Shown here one piece after another: positions 37,406 to 50,800 of a stretch of DNA of 64,000 nucleotides (positions are counted from its first letter, which is position 1; every line of letters begins with the position of its first letter). The stretch comes from Bugula neritina. Taxonomy: Eukaryota; Animalia; Bryozoa. The position numbers and the translations under genes are program-made. Below the pieces are notes generated by a model. The model saw nothing but the letters and a program-made list of their open reading frames with translations, did no database searches and was not told where the DNA came from. The stretch covers positions 6,500,722 through 6,564,721 of the forward strand of contig OZ037766.1 of assembly GCA_964035545.1 (NCBI GenBank). The letters run 5' to 3'.

Positions 37406-40400
37406 ATGGACCCTGCTGCTGAAATTTTGACAAGTATCTCAGACGTAAAAATGAAACCTCTTCAATCAAGAATTGCACACAAGCATGAGTTGAAAACAAG
37501 AACACAAGACATTCATTCGGATGAAAATATCAAATTTGTAGACCTTGGGCTTAGCAAATTCCTAATTAAAGGTTTAACTAGCTCTGGTTTTGATAGACCA
37601 TCACCTATTCAACTTAGTGCCATACCTATCGGGAGATGTGGTCTGGGTTAGTTCTTCAGATAATATATACTCTGCAATATAAAACTGATATTTTGTTTTT
37701 AGTCTTGCATTAACAATTTGATAGAATTTTCATGGTTTGAGTTGAGAAAAGTAAAATTTTATAGCCTTTGCTCCTGAGTTTGGATGTACAATTCAATTGT
37801 CACCTCAGCAGAAATTTGTTATTTTTATGGTGAATGTATTCTAAGACAATTTTAAAATCATTTAGGCCTAATGCTGGTTAATCTCCATTTCATTGGAATG
37901 GAAAATATTTTCCTCACTTGAATTGATGAAGACTTTTATAAAAATCCAACTAACAAAAATTAATAGGACTTCAGGAGTGTAGGCAACCCAAGAGTTTAGC
38001 ATTGTAAAACATCTTATTGGAGTTAGAATTTTTAAGTCTTTCTTGTAATGAAATTTATAGGTTTAGTAGTTTTTACAATAATAATATATTGGAAAGTTCA
38101 TATACATAAAATTTACAAAAGTTTTGTGGAAATAAACTCTAAAATAACAATTAAACACTAGAGTGTTTGACCTCAATAAATTGAAAAATTTTAATGACTT
38201 TATAGTTAAAATATGGGTCATTAAAATATATGATTCATGTCTAATAGATATGTTCAAAATTTTAGTTTATTCTGCAAAATGCAACTAAAAAGATAATAGA
38301 AGTATTTAGCACTGTTGCAAAACACATTAAACTAGCATTTTTCATGAGTGTTATAATAAGTAGTCTACTTTTAAATTGTGATCTGGCTTTTTCAACTTTC
38401 TACCCATGTATTGCTACGATGCAGTACAAATATGTAAACAAACACAGATAGAATTTATTACTGCAATTCTGTAAACAATGCAAGGATTTATATTTATGCG
38501 CTTTTTTATATACTATCAATTGAGATCTATAAAACTTTGCTAAGTCATGATTAGAGTTGCAAGTTGACTAATGTATTATGGTGGTCTAAATCTGTTGAGG
38601 TTAGAATTAAAGGTACGTGGTCATGATAGCATACACTTATCTCTGTTGCAGATTTAGTAGTTCAAGCCAAGTCTGGTACTGGCAAGACGTGTGTTTTCTC
38701 TATTATTGCCTTGGATTCTCTAGACATAAGTGTTAGACGTCCACAGGTGATGAATGCATGAGACTTTGTTACTTATTTTAGGTTTTATTATATATTTATA
38801 AGGTTGTTGTGCATCACTACAAGTTTGCATATTACTAGTCGAAATAAGATGTGATCACAGGAAAGTTGTATCGTAATATAAGTGTAGTTGATCATACTCG
38901 AAATAACTTGATAGATTTCCTGGTTCAATGTTTAGTCCGAGTCACATAAATTGACAAAATTGCTTGAATTTCAATTTTTTGGCATTCCTTTTAGTCTAAT
39001 TGCATAATATTCCTATTTTTTGAATTTCGCATGTTTACTCTGATGCCTCACGTACCTGTGGTAGGTGTTGATGCTGGCCCCAACTCGTGAAATAGCTCTG
39101 CAAATAGAGGATGTGGTGAAAGGTTTAGGTAGTGCTATAGAAGGTCTGACGGCTCACTCAGCGATTGGCGGTCTCTCATATAAAGAAGATAAAGATAGAG
39201 TGAATAAAGCCCACATTGTCATTGGCACACCCGGTATAGCAAATGTTATAAAATTATATGGCATGTGTTACATCAACTGATAGTAAAAGGAGTAATGGAT
39301 ATTGATAGCTTTACATTTTCTTTGTAAGCAGGAAAAAGCCTTCTACTTGATGCATTTGTTTGTATTTTCAATCTTTCACAACACCATCTTTTTTTGCTGC
39401 CAATTTGAATATTTCATTGGTTTGTCAAGAAAAGTATTTATTTCAATCTTGTAATGGCGGGTGTATTGGAATGCTCGTAGCACAAGTACTTATATAATGG
39501 CTTTAAAAAAAAGGTAAAATTATAGTAAATGGACAAATTTAGCCTTGATATTTTGACAAGTTGACACTATACATTTGAGGTTTTGTCAATAATTTTGAAA
39601 AAAATAGCTAATATTAGGTTTTTCAGATTATGTAACTGGTGAAAACACATGAGATATGAACGTAACATGAAATTTTCAACCGAATTAAAAATCTAGTTTG
39701 TGTTTTCTTGTAACATTACTGAAGAACTTTTTACAACATAGCTGGAAATGCTATTACAATTGGCGTATATTTATTTTAGTTTCTACTCAAAATTGTATCA
39801 TTATAGTTATATCTGCAATGTTTCTCATTACTTCACCAGGCAGAGTGAAGCATCTAATGGCGTCTGCAGCTCTGGACACTGGCTCTGTGCGTCTGTTGGT
39901 GTTGGATGAGGCAGATAAACTTTTGGAAGACAGCTTTCAGGAGCAAATCAAGTGAGTTTCTTTCACATTCTACATCTTATAATAATATATAGCTCAATTT
40001 GATTATTCTCTTGCATTTATATCAACTTTTTTATTTTGCTGAAAACAAAAGCTTTTCAAAGAAGAAATCTGAATTAAACAACAGAGGATTTACTTTATTG
40101 CTGTAGTTACTGTATGTTTGTCAATTCATTAAAATAATTAATTATTATTTAGTTGTTTAGTTTTAATTCTATTGTCTTTTTGTAAAATCAGTTTTTATAA
40201 GATTTTTATGTATAAATAACATTGCTTATTGCATAAAAAACAACCTTTGTAGTTGATGTTTGCTTTTATCAATATATAAGGGGTTTATCTTTCAAGTGAA
40301 TTTTTTCAAATCAGCATGGCCTATATGGTTTTATTTTCCCTCCTGTGACTACCTTAATCCTAAGCCATGACTGAAGTTCGAATTTTCTTCCGTATATTCT

Positions 40401-43400
40401 CATATTTTATTACAATATAAGCATCAGGTTATATTTATTCTTCGTAATCATAGCTGGGTGTACTCCGGGCTGCCAGACAGCAAGCAGGTCATAGCTGCGT
40501 CAGCCACCTACACAGAGAAGCTAGTTCAGCACCTGTGTAACTACATGCACAATCCAACCTTTGTCAGACTCAACTCCAATGATCCTGTTCTCATAGGTTT
40601 GTACCACTTCTACAAAGTGTGTCAAACTCACTATCATTCTATTAGTTTATGCTTGTGGTGCTGTATTTTGTAAAAGATATTTATAATAAAAATATATAAT
40701 TATATGTAATAAAAGTATATAATATATACAAATAATATTGTCAATAGAAATATATAATATATTATAAAAAATTATTATATATATATCATAATTTTTGATA
40801 AAAATATATAATATTTATATAACATAATATGTATAAATCATTATAGTTATGGAAAATATATAATAACTATCTTGAAAAAACTGGTCATTAAACACTTGGC
40901 TTTATCTCGGTAGGTGTTCGACAATACAAGAAGATTATAGAGGAAGGCCACCTACCTAGCGATAGTTATAACTTCAAGGTGGCTGCTCTCTTGAAGATCC
41001 TCTCTCAGACTAACTTTCAGCAATGTCTCATTTTCTCTAACCTTGTAACCAGGTTGGTGGTCTAAGTTTATGTTTATTTCTGTTTACAGTGGAATTTGTT
41101 TATTGTTTGGCTAGACTTAATTTTAATCAAGTGCTTATCTTTGTTTTTTTATTTCAAAGAATTTATATAATAATTATGCTGATTAGTATTACAGAATAAA
41201 TGGAAAGGATCGTATTTAACTTAAAAATAAAGTTTTTAACAATTGATGGAAACATTAATATAAAAATCTTAATTATTATTCTATTAACAACAATGTTATA
41301 ATGCAATGTGTCAGCTCCTTGCTGTGAAGATGTCCCAGGATTACATCAATAGTGTAGTCTCACTGTACTGTATACAACTCCTGGGTGTTTCATCGCACTG
41401 TACTGTACACAACTCCTGTAGCCTCACTGTACTGTATACAACTCCTGCGTGTTTCATCGCACTGTACTGTACACAACTCCTGTAGTCTCACTGTACTGTA
41501 CACAACTCCTGTAGTCTCACTGTACTGTACACAACTCCTGCGTGTTTCATAGCACTGTACTGTACACAACTCCTGTAGTCTCACTGTACTGTACACAACT
41601 CCTGCGTGTTTCATAGCACTGTACTGTAAACAACTCCTGTAGTCTCACTGTACTGTACACAACTCCTGCGTGTTTCATAGCACTGTACTGTAAACAACTC
41701 CTGTAGTCTCACTGTACTGTTTACAACTCCTGCGTGTTTCAGAGCTGAAAACCTAAGCAAGTTGATGGAATCTCGAGGGTGGCCTTCTACTCATATTGCT
41801 GGCTCCCTCGAGCAAGGAGATAGAATTAAGGCTATAACTAGACTCAAGTCATATGACTGCAGAATTCTCGTGTCCACAGATCTGGTTCGTAGTTTATATG
41901 ATGTGATAACTACACAAATGGCTTTCTTTTCATCACAATGTCAGCTAACGATGAAAACGTCCGTTTTGCAGCTAAATTTCTTACTAACATGCGTTCTACA
42001 GCCACGTGTTTGGTTGTTATAACTCAATGAATATTTTTGTTGTCTAATCTGCTGATGAATTTCCACTTTGGCTCTTATCGGATAGCTATGTTTCATTGTG
42101 AAACTGCTGATTAATACTTTCCAGGGTTATCATAGTTTGAAAGCATGACAAGGCATGCAATCACTTTCCCGTTTATATTGATTAGTAGCATAAGTGGAGC
42201 ATTTGGGACCACCATCCCTGTTATATTCCCATTACTCTAATCGAACATTTTATAAATTCTAGGTTTCACTTTTACTAACAAAAATCAAAAGTTTTATTAT
42301 GGTTTCATAAATAATTTATTGTCTTTTAATATATGTTTTGGACATTGCAGTACAAGACTGGATATAGTATCAGAAACAGTTGGAGTTGTGTGTGTTTTAG
42401 ACATCTCGAGGTATAGATGCTGATAGAGTGGACCTGGTAGTTAACTTGGACTTGCCCTATGACCATGAAACCTACTTGCACAGAGTAGGGAGGGCGGGCA
42501 GGTTTGGAGCTAAGGGTGCTGCTATCACTCTATACACTCAGGCTGAGTCTGTGAAGCTAGATAGAATTGCTGAGAGGATCAACACTACTATAGAGACACT
42601 ACCAGGTGGGTTGATTGTTGCTTATGGTTGTATGTAGGCATATAATATGGAACTATGTGCTGTCTTTAGCACTGTTGAATTCTACACATCATATTATAGG
42701 GCTATGTTAGAATTACGTAATGCAATACATTGATTGTAGATAAGTTGGAGGTGGACTTCATTGAAAACCCCGTGACGTCGTGTGACAGTAAAAAAGTGGC
42801 TCAGGTTGAGTCGTTTCAGATAGTGAATCATTCTTATACTCAATCTGGTGCTGAGGAGGACACGGGTGTTGGCGGATATGATGGCACTCGGGTGAAGCTA
42901 CACAATGCCAAGTCGGCTAAGGTAAATACTGACACTATTGTGAGTAAGGCAGAGGGAGCTAACTCTACAAATACTGGCTTAGTCATAACAGAAGAAAGTT
43001 TACCCGCTGTGGCTGTCAAACGTGTTAATGGTGCTACAGAAGTTGCTCCACCTAGTGGTGCTACGAGTACTAGAGCTGTTGTGGTGGATAGTGATCACTC
43101 ATATAGTACTAGCAGCGATGCTATGGGCAAATCTAAGACACTCACTAATAATAAATCAACCGGCCTACCATGTAGTACCATTGCTGTTAATAAAAAAATC
43201 AGTTGTGATAAAGAAAACACTCCTCGTACAACTGAAAAGTTTCAAACTAACAATACACTAAGCAACAAAGATTTACTAACTAAGCAAATCATCTCTCACA
43301 GACCTCCATTTTCTAGTCTTTTACAAGCTATGCAGTATGTTCAAAATCCCGACAAGTTTTCACATTTCCTAGACACCACTGTTTATGCTAATGACAGTGG

Positions 43401-44367
43401 TTCTCAAGCAGAAGTTTCTAAATTAGCTGGAACCCCCGAGGCTACACCTTGTCACAATACAGTGCCTGAGGCTACATCCTACCACAATACAGTACCAGAG
43501 GCTACACCCTGTCACAATACAGTGATTGAGGCTACACCCTGTCACAATACAGTACCAGAGGCTACACCCTGTCACAATACAGTACCAGAGGCTACACCTT
43601 ATCACAATACAGTGACTGAGGCTACACCTTGTCACAATACAGTACCTGAGGCTACTGTTTCTGAAGTTACTGAAACTGAATATTCTAAGCCTTCAATTTC
43701 ACAATCTAACTATCCTCGAGCTGCAGATTCTAAATCACCTACTAACCAGCACCGAGCCACTCACTCTATGTCTGCTATGATGAAACGGCTACATATCTCT
43801 CAGCGTAATGATGAATCAGCAATTCCTGAGGCAGCTGACCTTAATGTGGCTCACAGAGCGTCGAATTCTCTCCACCAATCAGATGTAGTTGGGGATAAAT
43901 GTTCAAGGCTGAACCATAGCACTAATTTTGCATATTATGCAAACGATGATGTGAGCGAAAAACAAGATATTAACCCTCCACACGAACAAAATCAGCACAG
44001 AAATTCAAAAAAATTCTATGGATCTGCCAGGGAACAAAGAAGATCTCAGCTTTGTAGTGCCAACAGATTATCTACAAAGAAAGAGACTGGACACAAAAAG
44101 ACTGAAGTAAGCCATTCTGCTTATCAAAGTGATAATATCAGAACTCATAGCTCTCATAATACTGATAATGAGTATAGTATTGGCAGCTGGGTCAGCGGGC
44201 ATAGCCGTGATGGCTCTGCATCACCAAATTCTCGCAGTCATCATCGTAGATATAGTACTCTACCTCAACAAGACAGACTAAGACAGACACTTGACATTCA
44301 CTATCGCCAGGTCTACATGCAGCACTCCTATATTGTTAAAATGGGAAGGAAGACCAGTTATTTATAG
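37406..44367 (+). CDS. DDX20: DEAD-box RNA helicase DDX20 (Gemin3/DP103)
   Basis: Exons 37406-37646, 38652-38746, 39065-39233, 39840-39951, 40454-40596, 40914-41052, 41743-41884, 42401-42605, 42740-44367. Motifs GFDRPSPIQ...[54 protein letters not shown], plus a long disordered C-terminus typical of Gemin3. Confidence 0.92.
41353..41742. repeat. Intronic minisatellite (29/35-bp units, CACTGTACTGTACACAACTCCTG core) ending at the DDX20 exon-7 acceptor
   Basis: About 12 core copies; the last unit ends ...GCGTGTTTCAG, the in-frame acceptor. Confidence 0.92.
43435..43655 (+). repeat. Coding 30-bp tandem repeat, ([10 protein letters not shown])~7, in DDX20 last exon
   Basis: Seen in DNA and in ORF 42730..44367. 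Confidence 0.95.
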
Positions 44368-44871
44368 ACAGAAATATGTTCGTCTTACATCATTTTTTTT
44401 ATATCTTATATATTTGTTTCCCGTACAACTGTTCTTCTAGTCTTTAGCCACCCAACTATCGCGACAAGCTACAATTTGAAAATATGTGGGCTTCCAGGTT
44501 TCATTAATAATAACTGTTCTTAATATTAAAAAAAAAATTCAAAACAACACTCATTTATGTAGATTGTAGGACATCTACTTCTGCATCACCTAATGTTTGA
44601 TTTGTTGTAAATTCATGTCAATATTTGTCAGTAGTGTTGGAAGGAATCAAAATTGAATCATGTTATGATATGTATTATCAAAATATGTTTCATAGTTGCA
44701 ATATTAAAACAAATTCTTCAAATATTTTTATAAGAAAAATTTTGTTGATTTTTTTCATCAAATCTAAAATAAAAAAATTTGTACAGTTTTATTACAATTT
44801 AAAGCTTTAACTCATAAATCCCATTTGTAAAATCAGTTGGTGTCATTTTTGCCCAGAACTTTATTCATATC

Positions 44872-47800
44872 ATGGTTACGTTTCAAGACGTACAAGATGC
44901 TCCGTGGATGTCTCAAGAAAATGAAGGTTTGTAATCAGTCGTATCTTATATTCACAAGTTGCCTTTTACAATGTGTCTAATGGATTGCATCGAGTGGACC
45001 AAAATGTTGAATGATATACTCTTCAAACATTTTGCAATATTTCGAAATTGTAACAATTCTTTAGATTTGTCGTACTCTTTGCCGGTTTACTGGACTGATA
45101 AGTCTAGCCATGGTGATGTACTCACAACTTCTGTGTTCCCACAGCTGGCTACTTGGACAACAAGACTAATGTTGTCTTACTACAATGACTACTTCCCCTG
45201 GAGTGAGTAGCTAACATTAGGACTAGCTTCATCGCAACTAGCAGTAATCACAACTGTGATCAGTTGAATTGAGTTTTGTCCATCAATTATTTAAGCCTTA
45301 TAAAATAAGCTAGGTAGATTTTTGAAAGAAGATGTTGTTCGATTTAATTCTTATTGTTGAAGTGTTTTTTAACTTTTCTGCTGGATTTTAGAATGGCTTC
45401 AAGGTCAAGCTGGTGCAGGAGAGAAGACTGGATTCTGGGATGTAAGTAGAGGCATATATATGTGACTGTAATGTAAACTATCTATTTTACTTGAGTGAGA
45501 AAGATTGTTTTTACTTAAATTGAAGTTATGGTACTTCTCCTTTTTTAGCATTTATATATAGCTTATTGTACCTTTGAAATTTTCCTATTTCGAATTTGCT
45601 GTATCTTCATTTGTGATATCAAAAAGCTTTAAATTAAAACAAATCAAATTGCATTAAAACAATTTGATTAAATATCTTAAAACCTGTTGAATTATAATGG
45701 ATGAAGAGGATTTTACAGTGAAAAATATGATGTGAGACTTTAGATGTCGGCTGTTTGAGAAGTAGTCTTCTTTCTCCACTTGAGTCTAAACTTTAGAATG
45801 AGTTTGAGCTCTGCTAGCAATAGTTAAATAATTATTAGTAAAATTAATAATTATTTAACTATTTAAAGTTTTCAGTTTTATTTATGCATTCTGTTAACAA
45901 CAATTGCTTCACCTAATCCTACTTGAATGCTAAAACAGCTAGTAAAATAGTTATATTTTGTGTTATTTCACCTTCAATGACCAAGTATCCATAATCATCC
46001 TACTCACGTTTTCTTCATTATCTAACAAAAAATAAGACAATTCTGAATACCTCTAAACACTGACTTCAACTAACTATTTTGCAGCTGATGATATCCCAAT
46101 GGCTCATTACAATACCATGTCTTCTATTCTTGTTGTTTGGTATTGGAATGTTTACATTTCTGGTGTACTATTACTGTTGTAAAAAAGAGAAGGCAATTAC
46201 TAAAGCCAGTTTAAAATACCATAAGCAACATCACAAATGGGCAGTTAGCGTTCTATTTGTTGGAAGTTGTCTCATCATATTGTAAGTATTCCTGGCTAAA
46301 TGCCTGCCCTTTCAATGGAATTATGGAATTACAATCTATGAAAGTGGTTTCTTCTTGTAAATTTAAATGTAAATATTTTTAGATTCTTTATAATAATATA
46401 ATAATAATATAATTATATAATATAATACTTTTGAATAATTTTGTAATATGAATAGCCGATAGGCATTGTGTTGCTTCAATTTATTTTCTCAGTGTATTTA
46501 TTTTTATGTAAACTATTTTTTAATCATTGATAGCAATGTTATTGTAGCCTTAGGCCATAGCAATAATTATTCTCTTGTTTTAGACCGAGTGCCATGCTAT
46601 TTCAACAGACTGTGGATCCTGTTTTGAGATACGGTGTAACTACTCTCGCTAATATAAGCATCTTCACTCTTGAAGATCTGCAGATATACAAGAACAAGAT
46701 TGGCATTGATGTTAAATATTTCTTCAAGGAATATCTTTTTAGAAATTTTGAAAATCTAATCAACTATGACAGTGAGTTTATTTTTCTTTGTAAGTAATCT
46801 TGTCTGCATGTAATCCACCCATAACTACTGAGCATTATTAGGTTTTCAGTTTTTTTAAACAATTCATCAACTGCTGTAGATATTGTTGAAGTGCTACAGA
46901 GTGGAGTGAATTATGGTAACTTATCTGAAGATGTTAGTGAAAGACTGGTTCAGATTGAAGGTATGGAAACTTAGCACGCTACGTTTATAATAATGGCTCC
47001 ATAATAGTTCTGTGCATGACTATCTCCTAAAATTATCTAAAGTTACACATCTAGATGTCAAAAGACGTAAGGAAAATAGCATCATATACATTACTAGATA
47101 TTTTGATATCACATGATAATTGAAGCATTGCGCTTAGGTATCTCCAGAATTTTATTTCTTTGGTTGAAAATGGTAATTTATCGTTTCTATGTTAACATTC
47201 ATAACAATTATTGAAAGTTGTCAGAAACTATCAGCTACATATTGGGATTTGTCTTTTCTTGTGTCATTGTAATATAATTCACTTTCACTATTTTTATCCG
47301 CTTTTCTTCTGCCTTGCTAGTCATTGGTTTACTTTTATAGATAATTTGAGTCAGATTTCTGGTATAAAACTGAACTTATCAGACATTCTGAATACAACGT
47401 CTGCACTAGCAGAAGACGTAGCCAGACAGGTGGAGTCACTAAATGACAGTTTAGTCAGACTACAGAATTCTTGTCACATGATCTCAAGAGTTGCCTGTCA
47501 CAATCACACAGATATACCATTTACACCTCTTCAGGTTTATATTTTATTTTTTAACAAGCAGCAAATTTGTTTCTTGTTTTTGCAGTTTACTTCAACTATG
47601 AAACCAGTATTATATGTGTTTATCTGTAAATGTATGAAGTAAAAACAAGTCTTATTAACAATTTTATATTGAACTGTTTACGCCTTTTATAGCAGTATAA
47701 CTAAGAACAACTCGTTATTATATTGCAACTTGTACCGTAGTAATATTTATGTTATTTAAATAGCAATTACTAATAATTCTTTTCAGGCAGATATGATGGA

Positions 47801-50800
47801 GATGTTTATTGATGAACTTCATTCTACACTCACGTATATTGATTTAGAGAGATTAGAAAATATTGTAAGTGATTATTTTTAGTTTATAGTCTCTATTCCT
47901 GTGAGAAACCCTGATGAAAAGGGTTTTTGTTAGAACGGGCTAAGGACTTGTTCAGATGGGGCACAGGAACAGTTATGACTGGATGCTTTTCCTAACATCA
48001 CAAATGGCCTTTGTCTGGGCTCGAACCCATGGCTTCGTGTTTACTAAGCAAACGCTCTACCCTCTAAACCACAGCTGCTGATTATTGCTAACTAAAGCTT
48101 TTTATTTCTGACTAATACGAAGAAGGATCTGATTTTTTTGTAAATAGCATATTTGAAGGCAATGTTGTATGTCATTGGTTTAAAAATTTTAATCTGTACT
48201 AATAAACTTTCTATTATATGAAGGGTGTGTATTGTCATATTTTGCAGGCAATGCTGCACAAACATCTTACCAGTAAACTATTACGCCAAAATTCTATCAC
48301 AGCATCTATATCTGACATTCAATCAGCTTTAATCCAAGATGGCAGATATTTTGATACAAGGTATGACGTTGAACAGGTAACTAATTGTCTCCTCCTTGTA
48401 TTATATACTCTAAAATCTAAATCATGAAGCTGATCTAGACTTTATTATTATGTAAATTTTATTTCTTTATTTTGTAAAATTTTGTTTCCATTATTATGAG
48501 TGCCTTGTGTCAGTAATTCTAAAGTACTTTTTTAATTATTTTGATTTCAGCATTTATCTGAAAGTGATGAATTTATAGACAACTCCAAACTAACCTGGGA
48601 AAATATAAATTATTTGCAAACTAAGCACTTCACAGTAGTGTAAGTTTTACAAACTGTTTATGTTTCATCAGCAAAACTCCAATAGAGTAGTTAAAAAATT
48701 AGAAATAATTTTTTGTCTTTTAAAAAAATCTGCGGTAACACAACTTTTCATTGAAGTCAAATCTGTCATAAGTCACTAAGCTTACTGTCTCAAGATTTTC
48801 AAAATATTACATAACTTTGAGAACACAATAAGTGTAGTTTTCTATAATTTTTAACTATTAATTGTACTTTTGCTTAGAGTAAAAATATTAGCTTGTAAGC
48901 TTGTTGAAGGTTCTATCTTTATACTGTAACTTACTATTTCTTCTAAGATTAAACATGAAATGGTGTGACAACTCCAGTTGACTTTCATACTGGGAATTAC
49001 TGTTGTGGTGCACTTGCAGGTACTTGTCATTTCTCACCATGACTCTGACAGCTGCAGGTTACAGCATAGTCTTGTTGTTTAGTTTCTTATTTGCTGTAAG
49101 CGGCGTCCGATATAGCGAGTTTCCGTGCTACAGAAGATCTTACTTGTCCACTTACAGTGCCAATGTCATGTCTATGTAGGTGTGATTTTTTCTCTTAATG
49201 CTGAATTATTCTGCAATTTTTAGCTCGTTTATTACAATTACTTACTTGTTTTAATTACTGTGTTGCTTTGAATATAGTTCTAGAAAATACTAATCAAGTT
49301 CTAGGTAAATAGTATTTTTAACTATGTTGCGGCTCTTTTTATTGTGTAGCAACATATCTGCTACAAAACCTATCATTGCAAACAAAATTATCTACATTTG
49401 ATAGAGGATGTATATACATTGTGTAATATTTTAGGGGACAAATTATTGTGCTAGCTTCTGTGAAAAAGCCTTTTTAATTTAAACCTCAATTTGTGATTTG
49501 CAAAATATGCTTTCATGTTGTTGTATTTTGTTATGATAAAATTATTTGTTGTTTAAATTATGTAGTCTAGACTGTTAGCTGTTTTCACATATCTTAACAG
49601 AGCCAATAACCTGGTGATATTCCTAGTGCTGCCACTAGCCGTGTGCACTGCGGCAGCCCTCATAGGTGGAACAATGGCCACAGTGCTTGCTGATGCTGTG
49701 AAGACGTATACTATATTTGACTACTGGGTAGATCTGATTCCTTCTATCAACCATATATTCACAGTTGATGATTTCATACTTCATATTCCTAGCTACAAGA
49801 CTCTAGTACAGTGAGTATTACTAGTTACTCTAGTACAGTGAGTGTTACTAGTTACTCTAGTACACTGAGTATACTAGTTACTCTAGTGCAGTGAGTATAC
49901 TACTCTAGTACGGTGAGTATTACTACTCTAGTACAGTGAATATACTACTCTAGTACGGTGAGTATTACTACTCTAGTACAGTGAATATACTAGTTACTCT
50001 AGTACAGTGAGTATACTAGTTACTCTAGTACATTGAGTATTACTTTGACTAACAGGCTAGTTGAGTAGAACTAAAGTTTTTCACATTTGAGGTAGCCGTA
50101 AGCATAATAAACATAGTCTTTATACAATTATTGTAGGCGCTGTGCTGCGAATAATCCAGGATTACTCAGCGTGATTAATGCCACTCTACCCAACATAACT
50201 ATCTCTTTGACGCAGGTAACATCAGTATATTGGAGTTGTCCTCTATAGCATGTCTGTATCACTATTATTACCTGCTGCAATGTTGACAACCGTTATGTTG
50301 CAGCTGATACCAACTAAATCCAACATTCTTTCAGACACCAGATTTGCTCTAACACAAGTATCAACAGATGTGTTCAAAGACTTGACGAACAACATCACTG
50401 AGTTTACTGATCTAAACATTTATCCGAATATATCTCAACAGGTGGGTTTGTGTAGCCTTTTAGCAGGTTGTCTGTCAACAAATGGCCTGTCAACAGGTAT
50501 ATTTGTGTAGTCTCACTATAATGTTAGTTTGATGACCTCCATTTAACAACATGGCTAAAGCCCTGGCCACACCATCGTGAGAATGACACGAAACTCGTGT
50601 GACGATTTTCGTGAGCTATCTTTTCGTATTGACCAGCCACATGATCGTTTAAACGAAAAGTCATTATGCCGAGATTAGTACCGCAAGTTTATATAAGTTA
50701 TAAAGGAAAAATTTTGCCATTTTTGTTATTTTCTTGGTATTTTATGTGTACATTTTTTTAGTTTTGTTTATTGGTAAAGTTTTTAAAAACATTTTTATGC

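Noticed and set aside
41390-41614. Repetitive minus-strand ORF (also 43423-43635)
   Set aside because: Translation of tandem repeats.
41353-41742. CRISPR-like appearance of regularly spaced repeats (also 22004-22270 and 49800-50044)
   Set aside because: No unique spacers, no cas genes, eukaryotic intronic context; these are minisatellites.
42046-42112. Possible box C/D snoRNA in DDX20 intron (CTGATGA...CTGA)
   Set aside because: Non-consensus C box, no convincing terminal stem, no recognisable rRNA guide.
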